Positions 28,632 through 36,850 of a DNA stretch of 54,931 nucleotides are shown here, piece after piece (position 1 is the stretch's first letter; the number at the start of each line of letters is the position of its first letter). The notes beneath the pieces are model-generated. The model did not search any database. It was not told where the DNA came from and saw only the letters and a list, made by a program, of their open reading frames with translations. The translations under genes were made by a program, and so were the position numbers. Source of the DNA: an uncultured Syntrophomonadaceae bacterium (GTDB lineage: Bacteria > Bacillota > Syntrophomonadia > Syntrophomonadales > Syntrophomonadaceae); NCBI GenBank assembly GCA_964563775.1, contig CAZLYH010000003.1, positions 1-54,931 on the forward strand. Reading direction: 5' to 3'.

Positions 28632-28679
28632 CGTAAGCCTGCATGAAAATTGTTAAGACATAGGAAGGAGTTTACTAAT

Positions 28680-29681
28680 ATGGCCAAAAGGAAAAAACGT
28701 ATTTTAACCGGTGACCGCCCCACCGGCAAACTTCATCTGGGCCATTACGTGGGCAGTCTGGCCAACCGGGTGAAATTACAGGACGATTATGAAAGCTACA
28801 TCATCATTGCCGACGTTCAGGCTTTGACCACCCATTGGGAAAAAGATGAGGACTTGCGCGAAAATGTCTTTCAGATTACTTCCGATTATTTGGCCGCAGG
28901 CCTTAATCCGGAAAAATCCACTATCTTTATTCAGAGTATGATCCCGGAAATCCATGAACTGACCATGTATTTTTCCATGTATACCTCAGTAAATGTGCTG
29001 CGACACAATCCCACCGTGAAAACCGAAGCTGCTCAGCATGGTTTTAAAGATATGACTTACGGTTTCCTGGGCTACCCGGTAAGCCAGGCAGCAGATATCA
29101 GTATCTTCAAGGCAGATCTGGTACCGGTTGGTGAGGACCAGGTCCCTCACATCGAACTGGCCCGTAAGATTGTACGCCGCTTTAATGACCTTTACCAGCC
29201 GGTGCTGATTGAACCTCAAGCCCTGGTAGGGGATGTCCCCCGCCTGATCGGCCTGGATGGCAAGGCCAAGATGAGCAAGAGCCTCAACAATGCTGTATTT
29301 CTTGGCGACACCCCCGATGAGGTCCTCGCCAAAGTGCGCAACGCTGTAACCGATCCGGCTCGTATCCGCAAGACCGACCCGGGGAATCCGGAAGTATGTA
29401 CCGTATACGAATATCATAAGGTTTTCAACCGCCCCGAAATGGAGCAAATTGAAACCGATTGTCGTCAGGGCCACATTGGCTGTGTAAACTGTAAAAAAAG
29501 GTTAAGCGACACCGTTAATATTCTCCTGGAACCTATGCGGGAGAGGAGACTTCAGTACAGCAAATCCACCATCAGAGACATACTGGAAGATGGAACCGCC
29601 CGCGCTCATCGCGTAGCTCTGGAGACCATGGAGGAAGTACGCGCAGCCATGCAGATAGACTACTTTGGCCCCTCCCGTTAG
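28680..29681 (+). CDS. trpS: tryptophan--tRNA ligase
   Basis: TGKLHLGHYVG (HIGH) and KMSKS motifs. ATG at 28680 with GGAAGGAG 9 nt upstream. The track's earlier alternative start at 28650 is less likely. Confidence 0.92.
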   Translation: MAKRKKRILTGDRPTGKLHLGHYVGSLANRVKLQDDYESYIIIADVQALTTHWEKDEDLRENVFQITSDYLAAGLNPEKSTIFIQSMIPEIHELTMYFSMYTSVNVLRHNPTVKTEAAQHGFKDMTYGFLGYPVSQAADISIFKADLVPVGEDQVPHIELARKIVRRFNDLYQPVLIEPQALVGDVPRLIGLDGKAKMSKSLNNAVFLGDTPDEVLAKVRNAVTDPARIRKTDPGNPEVCTVYEYHKVFNRPEMEQIETDCRQGHIGCVNCKKRLSDTVNILLEPMRERRLQYSKSTIRDILEDGTARAHRVALETMEEVRAAMQIDYFGPSR

Positions 29682-29698
29682 GAAAAAACCTTTTTTTG

Positions 29699-29725
29699 AC
29701 GCTGACTAACGCTGAATTACGCTGA
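29699..29725. repeat. three direct (A/G)CGCTGA-like heptamers phased exactly 10 bp apart
   Basis: GCTGA at 29701-05, 29711-15 and 29721-25 (gaCGGCTGActaACGCTGAattACGCTGA). An inverted copy TCAGCGT is at 29845-29851. Confidence 0.5.
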
Positions 29726-29961
29726 TGCTACTTTGAAGAAGGTTGAACATTTTTTTATAGGGATCAAGGACCATTTATAACCCTTATTTTTTCTCAATGC
29801 GCCTACCCTACCTCAACTGCTCGACATCGTTTGTTCAGTGTAAGTCAGCGTCTAAGAAATAATCCTGCCAACCTTGTTATCCGGTTCCCCCCCTGCGGGG
29901 GTTGCAATGTTCCCGGCACTCAAAGCTTAGTACCGGGTCACCATTAATACTACCCGTTTTC

Positions 29962-30144
29962 TTAGGGTCCTCCCAGCCATCTGGACACAACCCGGCTTAT
30001 CCCGCCCCAATCCAGGCTGAAAGCCAGGAACATAAGCAGAGCCAGCAGGCCAAGCAGATTTAACTTAAAGCGCTGTTGCTGAATCCGTTTGTCTTCCCGG
30101 GCCTTTTCTACATCACTTTTGGCCTCTCTGCGCCTCCCCGGCAT
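29962..30144 (-). CDS. small single-pass membrane protein, unknown function
   Basis: 60 aa. Strong SD GGAAGGAG 7 nt before the ATG. A basic/acidic N-terminal half is followed by one hydrophobic helix (LLGLLALLMFLAFSL). Confidence 0.5.
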   Translation of the reverse strand: MPGRRREAKSDVEKAREDKRIQQQRFKLNLLGLLALLMFLAFSLDWGGISRVVSRWLGGP

Positions 30145-30291
30145 GTCATGTCTCCTTCCAAAATGTTGCTCTTTTTCATCTTCCCTGCCCGCGTTTTTAT
30201 CTCCTGCTTACTTCAATGCGTTCACAATCAGGTTGTGTAAAGCCCGCAGAAAGGGTAAAATCTTAAAGGAAAAGCCCAGGGAGGTGTTGGC

Positions 30292-30723
30292 TTGATACCG
30301 GCGTTTGATTTACAGTTTTCCCATCAGGAGGAACATCTGGTTCTGCCTACCATAACCTCAATCAGAGTCGTCCAGCAATTGTATGATATCCTTTTTCAGT
30401 ACGCCATAACACCTGAGTACGAGGAAAAATTGAAATTCTTCATCGGAAGAATGGAGAAACATATCAAGAGCAAGCCTAAAGCTCCTTTCTCCATGCCACT
30501 GGAAGACCTCAAGTTCCTCGATGAAGGATTGGAAGAAATGAAGCTTCTTAACTGGATGCAGATTCCAGTCAGCATTTTTGAAATAGTACCCCGGGGGTTT
30601 GATCCCGCTGATGAGTTGGCTGCGGAAAAAGTTTTTAATTTCCTGGAATCCATTTTTACCTTTAACCGCTGGCCGGAAAGCCTGCGTATCGCTGTATATC
30701 CGTCCGGACTTACCAGGTATTAG
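30292..30723 (+). CDS. hypothetical cytoplasmic protein, no recognisable domain
   Basis: 143 aa. TTG start with GGGAGGTG 5 nt upstream. Ends 40 nt before rubrerythrin. Confidence 0.5.
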   Translation: MIPAFDLQFSHQEEHLVLPTITSIRVVQQLYDILFQYAITPEYEEKLKFFIGRMEKHIKSKPKAPFSMPLEDLKFLDEGLEEMKLLNWMQIPVSIFEIVPRGFDPADELAAEKVFNFLESIFTFNRWPESLRIAVYPSGLTRY

Positions 30724-30763
30724 GTAGGGGGAAATTAAAAAAATTATAAAAGGAGGATGCAGA

Positions 30764-31303
30764 ATGGAACTGAAGGGCTCAAAAACGGAACAGAATTTGC
30801 TGGCAGCATTTGCCGGGGAATCCCAGGCCCGAAACAAGTACACTTTCTTTGCCAGTCAGGCTGATAAAGAAGGGTACAAACAGATCGCCGCTATCTTCCA
30901 GGACACGGCTGATAACGAAAAAGAACATGCCAAGCGGCTTTATAAGTTTCTGGTAGGTGGATCAGTACCGGCCACAGCAGAAAACCTGCTGGCTGCAGCC
31001 GCGGGAGAGAACGAAGAGTATACCAGTATGTATCCTGAATTCGAAAGAATTGCCCGTGAAGAAGGATTTAATGAAATCGCCGCAGTCTTCAAAGAAATTG
31101 GCGAAGTAGAAGAGGAGCATGAAAAACGCTTTCTCAAGCTACTCGAAAATGTTAAAAACGGCAGCGTATTTAAGAAAGACCAACCGGTAAAATGGAGATG
31201 TCGCAACTGCGGCTACGTCCACGAAGGTACGGAAGCACCTGAAGAATGCCCCGCCTGTGCCCATCCCCGGTCATATTACGAGGTCATGGCGGAAAACTAC
31301 TAA
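30764..31303 (+). CDS. rbr: rubrerythrin
   Basis: 179 aa. Diiron ferritin-like domain (ESQARNKY...EKEH...EEEH) plus a C-terminal rubredoxin motif CRNCGY...CPACAHP. Confidence 0.93.
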   Translation: MELKGSKTEQNLLAAFAGESQARNKYTFFASQADKEGYKQIAAIFQDTADNEKEHAKRLYKFLVGGSVPATAENLLAAAAGENEEYTSMYPEFERIAREEGFNEIAAVFKEIGEVEEEHEKRFLKLLENVKNGSVFKKDQPVKWRCRNCGYVHEGTEAPEECPACAHPRSYYEVMAENY

Positions 31304-31312
31304 ACCGACTGT

Positions 31313-31336
31313 AAAGCCCGCCGCCAGGCGGGCTTT
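31313..31336. terminator. GC-rich hairpin between the convergent rbr and speB
   Basis: AAAGCCCGCC-GCCA-GGCGGGCTTT. Flanking T/A tracts are short, so efficiency is uncertain. Confidence 0.5.
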
Positions 31337-31367
31337 CAGCTTGTCAAAGAAGTTGACGGAAGCCGTC

Positions 31368-32231
31368 TTAAAACGCCAGCAGGGCTTCGCGAAGGATCTT
31401 GGCGGCCAGTATGGAGGTATTGTCACCCTTTTCAAAAGGCGGGGATACCTCCACCAGGTCAAAGCCGACCACGTTAAGATGGGCCAGCTCGAGAATGGCG
31501 CCCAATACTTCCCGGGAAGAAATCCCCCCCGCCTCCGGAGTACCGGTTCCAGGAGCAAAAGCCGGGTCCAGTACATCAATATCCAGAGTTACATAAACGG
31601 GTCGCTCCCCAACTGCCGCGACAACTTCATCTATAACCGAGGTGAACTGGTCCAGATAGAGATGGGTATATTCCCGGGCAAAACTTATTTCCGCTCGGGT
31701 GGCCGAGCGAATTCCCATCTGGTAAAGCCGACCCGGTCCCAGTTCCTCTACTACATGCCGCATCACCGTGGCATGAGAAAGCCTTTCTTCCAGATACTCC
31801 TCACGCAGGTCAGCATGGGCATCCATCTGGATCACCACCAGCTCGGGATAATATCGGTGGTAAGCACGTATAATCGGCAGGGAAACCAGATGCTCTCCCC
31901 CCATGGAAAAGAGCTTTTTGCCCTCTTCCAGGAACATCTGAGCCACTGCTTCCATACGCGCCAGGCTGGTGGCTACATTTCCAAAGGGAATACGTACATC
32001 TCCGGCATCATAGAAATCCAGTTCTTCCAGGGAGCGGTCCAGATAAATACTGTATTCCTCCAGCCCGTCCGATACCTCCCTTATACGGAAAGGGGCCAAA
32101 CGGGTTCCGGGACGGAAACTGGTGGTAGCGTCCATGGGTAAACCTACCAGGACCTTGCCGCAGCTTTCCAGGTCCTTTTTTGCAGCCATAAACATGGCCC
32201 GCTGTTCAAGGTAATCCAGGGCTTCAGACAT
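31368..32231 (-). CDS. speB: agmatinase (ureohydrolase family)
   Basis: 287 aa. Mn-binding motifs GGEHLVS, MDAHADLR and LDIDVLDPAFAPGTGTPEAGG. Confidence 0.88.
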   Translation of the reverse strand: MSEALDYLEQRAMFMAAKKDLESCGKVLVGLPMDATTSFRPGTRLAPFRIREVSDGLEEYSIYLDRSLEELDFYDAGDVRIPFGNVATSLARMEAVAQMFLEEGKKLFSMGGEHLVSLPIIRAYHRYYPELVVIQMDAHADLREEYLEERLSHATVMRHVVEELGPGRLYQMGIRSATRAEISFAREYTHLYLDQFTSVIDEVVAAVGERPVYVTLDIDVLDPAFAPGTGTPEAGGISSREVLGAILELAHLNVVGFDLVEVSPPFEKGDNTSILAAKILREALLAF

Positions 32232-32245
32232 GGTTGCCTCCCGGC

Positions 32246-33067
32246 TTATTCCAATATATTTTTCACAAAAGTTGGCAAGTTAAATGCAGCCCGATGGACA
32301 TCCGGTGTATAATAACGCCCCGGGCCGACCTCTTTTTTGAGGGGCTCCTCGGGGTTATATTGCTTGGAACCTATAGTAAAACTCCACAACCCACTGGGGT
32401 AGGTGGGTATATTGGCCAGGTAAAGCCTGGTAATGGGAAAGGAGGAGGCAATTCCCTGATAAGCCATCCGAATCACATCAGGATTCAAAAACGGCGACTC
32501 GCTCTGAACAACCAGCATCCCATCATCGTGCAGGGCCTGAAAAACATTCTGGTAGAATTCCGGTGAGAAAAGCTGCCGGGCCGGGCCTACTGGCTCGGTG
32601 GAGTCGACGATCACCACGTCAAAACTATCGGGACGGTTTTTTACGTATTCTATACCGTCAGCAATTACCACTTCAGCACGAGCAGAATTAAATGAACTGG
32701 AAAGACCGGGAAAGAAATCACAGGAGGCCTGAATCACCCTCTCATCAATTTCCACCAGGGTTCCCTTTTCCACCCCGGGATAACTAACTACCTCCCTCAA
32801 GGTCCCCCCATCTCCCCCGCCAATAATTAAAACCTGAGCGGGACAAGGATGGGAATTTAATGCTACCCGGCTGATCATTTCATGGTATACAAACTCATCC
32901 TGGTCAGTAGTCTGCACCATGCCATCCAGTAAAAGCATTCTCCCGTACTGTATCGTTTCCACCACCGTCAGGTGTTGAAACCGGGTCTGTTCATTACGCA
33001 AAGTTTCGGTTACCTTACAGCTCAAACCCAGCGATGGGGTCTGGTATTCAGTTACCCAGAGCTCCAA
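32246..33067 (-). CDS. speE: spermidine synthase (aminopropyltransferase)
   Basis: 273 aa. VLIIGGGDGGTLREV and IVDSTEPVGPA motifs. Confidence 0.9.
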   Translation of the reverse strand: MELWVTEYQTPSLGLSCKVTETLRNEQTRFQHLTVVETIQYGRMLLLDGMVQTTDQDEFVYHEMISRVALNSHPCPAQVLIIGGGDGGTLREVVSYPGVEKGTLVEIDERVIQASCDFFPGLSSSFNSARAEVVIADGIEYVKNRPDSFDVVIVDSTEPVGPARQLFSPEFYQNVFQALHDDGMLVVQSESPFLNPDVIRMAYQGIASSFPITRLYLANIPTYPSGLWSFTIGSKQYNPEEPLKKEVGPGRYYTPDVHRAAFNLPTFVKNILE

Positions 33068-33165
33068 AAGCTTTTCCTCCTCGCTTCATGATTCATGTTA
33101 TCTTTACTTCAACCTGCCCATTTTTTCGGTCAGGCACCGGGGTTTCTCCTAAAGCTGGCACCAGC

Positions 33166-33624
33166 CTAATACCATAGCGGTACGGCAGCAAAGGCGCAGC
33201 CAATCTTTTCTACCACATGCTCGGTAGCCGCCACCTTGATTTCGTCCAGAGGCAGTTCCCGAATACGGAAAGCCTCTTTTACCATGGCAACCACCTCCGC
33301 CTTCGCTTCTTCGGCCGAACACCTGCCACTGAACTCCATAATCACGCCGAAGCTGTTTTCGCGAATGCCAACTGCCACCGCAGCCGCGATCTTTTCTCCC
33401 GGTTCCTCGCTTACAATACAACCAAAAGCAATCGGCAAGAGAGACCCGGGGGGAACAACCAGGTCGGGATCATGTTCACAACCCGGAGGCAGGATACTGC
33501 TTACCTTTAACAAATTAGTGTTACCAACACGTGCTTTCAGCAGGGCGGCATCAAAAGCTGTTAGTTCACTGTTACCTTCTGCTGAGCCAGCAGTGAGGAA
33601 GTATTTTTTAGGGAGTGGCAACAA
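33166..33624 (-). CDS. pdaD: pyruvoyl-dependent arginine decarboxylase
   Basis: 152 aa. PdaD-type self-cleavage region NLLKVSSILPPG. TTG start with GGAGGTG 7 nt upstream. Confidence 0.85.
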   Translation of the reverse strand: MLPLPKKYFLTAGSAEGNSELTAFDAALLKARVGNTNLLKVSSILPPGCEHDPDLVVPPGSLLPIAFGCIVSEEPGEKIAAAVAVGIRENSFGVIMEFSGRCSAEEAKAEVVAMVKEAFRIRELPLDEIKVAATEHVVEKIGCAFAAVPLWY

Positions 33625-33663
33625 TGGATTACACCTCCAGTAGTTATGATGGACAACAGGATT

Positions 33664-33691
33664 ATTATATACAAAGGAAAGGGAATTTGAA
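33664..33691 (-). promoter_or_regulatory. sigma-A-like promoter candidate, TTCAAA-N16-TATAAT, for pdaD-speE-speB
   Basis: Minus-strand TTCAAA (33691-33686) and TATAAT (33669-33664), about 40 nt upstream of the pdaD start. Confidence 0.45.
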
Positions 33692-33767
33692 ATAGCGTTG
33701 TCCCGGCGTTCTCCATTTTGCTGTGCAGCCTGTGTATATTATCAACACTTGATCCAGTTGCCTAATC

Positions 33768-34688
33768 TTAGTCGCCGGGCCGCACCTGAACCAGGCGAAT
33801 ATATTCAATGAATTGTTCCACTGACCGACGCCGCACCTTTTGCCGCGGGTAAATCACATAAAATGATCGGCGAGCTCCCGTATCCGCCAAAGGCACTACC
33901 TTTAAGCCACGATGGGATTCCACATTGCGCCTGGTCCAACTGGAGGCAACTGTCAGCCCCGTACCAGCCTCAACCAGGGCCAGAGCCGCCTCGGTGCTTC
34001 CGGCTTCCATAAAGATGTTAAGGCTTTCCTTGCGGATGCCCCGGCTCAAGAGCAGATCTTCCACCGCCTTGCGGGTACCCGATCCCTTTTCGCGAAATAT
34101 CCAGCGTTCTTCCAGCAGGTCATGCAGGTTGATTTGCTCCCGGTTGGCCAGACGATGAGAAACAGGCAGAATCACCACCAGTTCATCTTCCAACCACTGA
34201 AATCCATCTACCTTGCGGGTGTTGATCCAGGCCCCCACCACCCCCACATCGATTTCCCGCTCGGCCACCCGGGAAAAAATCTTTTCCGTATCGGCAACAT
34301 CCATAAGTATTTTGATGTTGGGGAAGTTATCTTTAAAACCTTTAATAACCTGGGGCAAAATGTATTCCCCCGGTATGTTACTGGCACCCAGAAACAGAGA
34401 GCCCCTACGGCTCTCTGTAACTTCTTCCATGGCTTTATCGGTCTTTTCCATAACTTTGAGGATATCCCGCGCACATTGATAGAGGGTCTCCCCCGCTTCA
34501 GTAGTCTTCAGTTTTCTGCCGGAGCGCTCCAACAGCAAAACCCCGTACAGATCTTCCAATGCCTGGATTTGTTTGGTGATAGCCGGTTGGGAAAGCCCCA
34601 TCTCATCCGCTGTCCTGGAAAGGTTTTGGGTTTCCACCACCCGTACATAGGTTCTAAATAGATTCAGGTTCACCTGATTCCCCCCCAC
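33768..34688 (-). CDS. LysR-family transcriptional regulator
   Basis: 306 aa. HTH FRTYVRVVETQNLSRTADEMGLSQPAITKQIQALE. Starts 4 nt after the sufB/D stop. Confidence 0.88.
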   Translation of the reverse strand: MGGNQVNLNLFRTYVRVVETQNLSRTADEMGLSQPAITKQIQALEDLYGVLLLERSGRKLKTTEAGETLYQCARDILKVMEKTDKAMEEVTESRRGSLFLGASNIPGEYILPQVIKGFKDNFPNIKILMDVADTEKIFSRVAEREIDVGVVGAWINTRKVDGFQWLEDELVVILPVSHRLANREQINLHDLLEERWIFREKGSGTRKAVEDLLLSRGIRKESLNIFMEAGSTEAALALVEAGTGLTVASSWTRRNVESHRGLKVVPLADTGARRSFYVIYPRQKVRRRSVEQFIEYIRLVQVRPGD

Positions 34689-34692
34689 ATTC

Positions 34693-35616
34693 TTATCGTA
34701 AAAAACCCTCCAAAATAGTGTCTACCGCCTCTTGCTCGGAAAGTCCCAGCGACATCAGTTTAGTTAGTTGTTCCCCCGCAATCCGGCCAATGGCAGCCTC
34801 ATGGGTCAGCTCGGCCCGGGCATCTTCAGCCACCAATTGCGGAACTGATTTAATACGCGCACTATCCATGATAATGGCATCGCATTCCACATGGCCGTAA
34901 CACTGGTTTTTACCTACCAGGGAAGCCTTAAAAAGCTGAGTCGAATCATCACGGGCCACCGAACGGGAAAGAATCTGAGCAGTACCGTTCTCGCCCTCGA
35001 TATTAATTTCAATCAAAGACTCGGCATTTTGCTTACCATGGGTCATAAGTCTCTCCAGAAGTTTCAGATTGCCCCCCGCCTCTACATGGGCGATGGTGGA
35101 GCGAACCGTGTCATCCACCCCCCGGATCTGAAACATCTCCATTTCCACACTGGCTCCCTTCCCCACCCTTACAATGGTGGTGGGGTTGAGCACCTTTTTG
35201 CCCTGGTCGCTACCTTCGCCATAATGTTTCTCAACATATTTCACTCTGGCATTATCAGCGACCACGAACTCATGGATTCCATCATGACGTGATTCCCCGT
35301 GCCCGGCATTATGAATTCCGCAGCCGGCAATAATGGTAACTTCAGCGTCTTCCCCTATAATAAAGGTGTTGAAGACCTTATCCTGAAAGTCGGCCCGGGT
35401 AAGAATTACCGGGATATGCACCGTTTCGTCACGGGTTCCCGGCTTTACTTCCACTACCAAGCCGTTGTTTTTTGGGTTGGTACGGATGTCCACCTGGGAG
35501 GAGGACTGGCGTATTACCGCCTGCCCGTCACGGCGTACGTTAATTGCACCGGCGGGGACTTCCTGCAGGTCTGCGATGGCGTTGAGAAGGTTCATATCCA
35601 GCTTGCTAAAGTTCAT
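34693..35616 (-). CDS. SufB/SufD-family Fe-S cluster assembly scaffold (short anaerobe/archaeal type)
   Basis: 307 aa. Beta-helix-like repeat pattern and C-terminal LTHEAAIGRIAGEQLTKLMSLGLSEQEAVDTILEGFL, typical of SufB/D. Confidence 0.8.
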   Translation of the reverse strand: MNFSKLDMNLLNAIADLQEVPAGAINVRRDGQAVIRQSSSQVDIRTNPKNNGLVVEVKPGTRDETVHIPVILTRADFQDKVFNTFIIGEDAEVTIIAGCGIHNAGHGESRHDGIHEFVVADNARVKYVEKHYGEGSDQGKKVLNPTTIVRVGKGASVEMEMFQIRGVDDTVRSTIAHVEAGGNLKLLERLMTHGKQNAESLIEINIEGENGTAQILSRSVARDDSTQLFKASLVGKNQCYGHVECDAIIMDSARIKSVPQLVAEDARAELTHEAAIGRIAGEQLTKLMSLGLSEQEAVDTILEGFLR

Positions 35617-36352
35617 ATAGTGCTTCCCCCCCGCAGCGGTATTTCATTTTACATTCAATTTCATCTTTAATCAGTGGCCAGACTTGCTGAGGAGACCCCT
35701 TTTGGGTGACCTGACCATCTTCCACCACGATAATCTCATCGCAGATAGGCAACAAGTTCTCATTGTGGGTTATAATGATGGCTGCTCCCCGGGGATTGTT
35801 CTGGTACTTCATCACAATCAAACCAATAAGCCGCTGGATGGTCCACAGATCAACCCCGGCTTCCGGCTCATCAAAGATGCTTACCACTGCATCGCGCACC
35901 AGTACCTGGGCTATCTCAATACGTTTCATCTCCCCGCCGCTCAACCCGGGTCCCACATCACGTTCCAGGTAATCTTCGGGACAGAGTCCAACATCGCGAA
36001 GGGTTTTGCGAAGCTCCAGAGGATCCAGATCCGGGCAGGCGATCTGGAGAATATCTTCAACCGCCAGGCCTTTGAACCGGGGCGGCTGCTGAAAGGCATA
36101 AGCGATGCCCCGACGCGCACGCTCGGTCACACTCAACTCGTCAACCGCTTCCCCGTTCAAGTAGATATGCCCGCTATTATGGCGATAAATACCCATAATA
36201 ACTTTGGCGATGCTGGTCTTGCCTCCGCCGTTGGGTCCGGTAATGGCGTATAGTCGTCCCGGTTGAAACTCCAAACTGATATCGTGAATAATCTCACGGG
36301 CTGCCCCATTATTACCGTTAACTGTCATACTTATATTTTCCAGTCTAAGCAT
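35606..36352 (-). CDS. sufC: Fe-S cluster assembly ATPase SufC
   Basis: 248 aa. Walker A GPNGGGKTS, ABC signature LSGGEMKR and Walker B IFDEPEAGVD. Confidence 0.88.
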   Translation of the reverse strand: MLRLENISMTVNGNNGAAREIIHDISLEFQPGRLYAITGPNGGGKTSIAKVIMGIYRHNSGHIYLNGEAVDELSVTERARRGIAYAFQQPPRFKGLAVEDILQIACPDLDPLELRKTLRDVGLCPEDYLERDVGPGLSGGEMKRIEIAQVLVRDAVVSIFDEPEAGVDLWTIQRLIGLIVMKYQNNPRGAAIIITHNENLLPICDEIIVVEDGQVTQKGSPQQVWPLIKDEIECKMKYRCGGEALYEL

Positions 36353-36470
36353 GTCCGATTCCCCCGTTTACGGTTAGTGCTTATATTCGTCTTATTGTAG
36401 CATAACGCCTGGTTATGGTCTAATCCTTTAGATACCTACCTTAACCACCACTGGAAAGATGAACAACCCC

Positions 36471-36701
36471 TTAGCAGACTTCGACCTCCACCTGAGCAGC
36501 GACTCGCCTGCCTATTACCACCCGGCTATGGTTGATCTTAACCACCACCGGTCCATGAAAAGGATGCCGGGAAACCATTTCCACCTTGACGCCAGGAGCC
36601 AGGCCAATTTCAAAAAGCCTTCGCTGTACCTGTCTTCCTCCGGAAAGGCGGCTAATGGTTGCAGCCTGACCGCCTTTCAATTCACTGAGTAACATAATCA
36701 C
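36471..36701 (-). CDS. feoA: FeoA-family ferrous iron transport protein
   Basis: 76 aa. SH3-like FeoA pattern LSELKGGQAATISRL...RRLFEIGLAPGVKVEMV. Confidence 0.85.
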   Translation of the reverse strand: MIMLLSELKGGQAATISRLSGGRQVQRRLFEIGLAPGVKVEMVSRHPFHGPVVVKINHSRVVIGRRVAAQVEVEVC

Positions 36702-36850
36702 ACCACCTGACTACGTTCTTACCCATTCCTGTCCAAAACAGAATGTCGCAATATGAACGGGGCACTCCTTCTCCCGCCGGTACCTCTCAGTAAATAAGCT
36801 TAAGCCGCGATAATGCTCAGGCGTAAGTGCCCCTGTTAAGAATGACCGTG

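Noticed and set aside
28440-28650. T-box riboswitch upstream of trpS
   Set aside because: A T-box is expected from Firmicute biology, but I found no GGGTGGTACCGCG-like box, specifier-loop context or stem-I motifs. I report only the hairpin plus U7.
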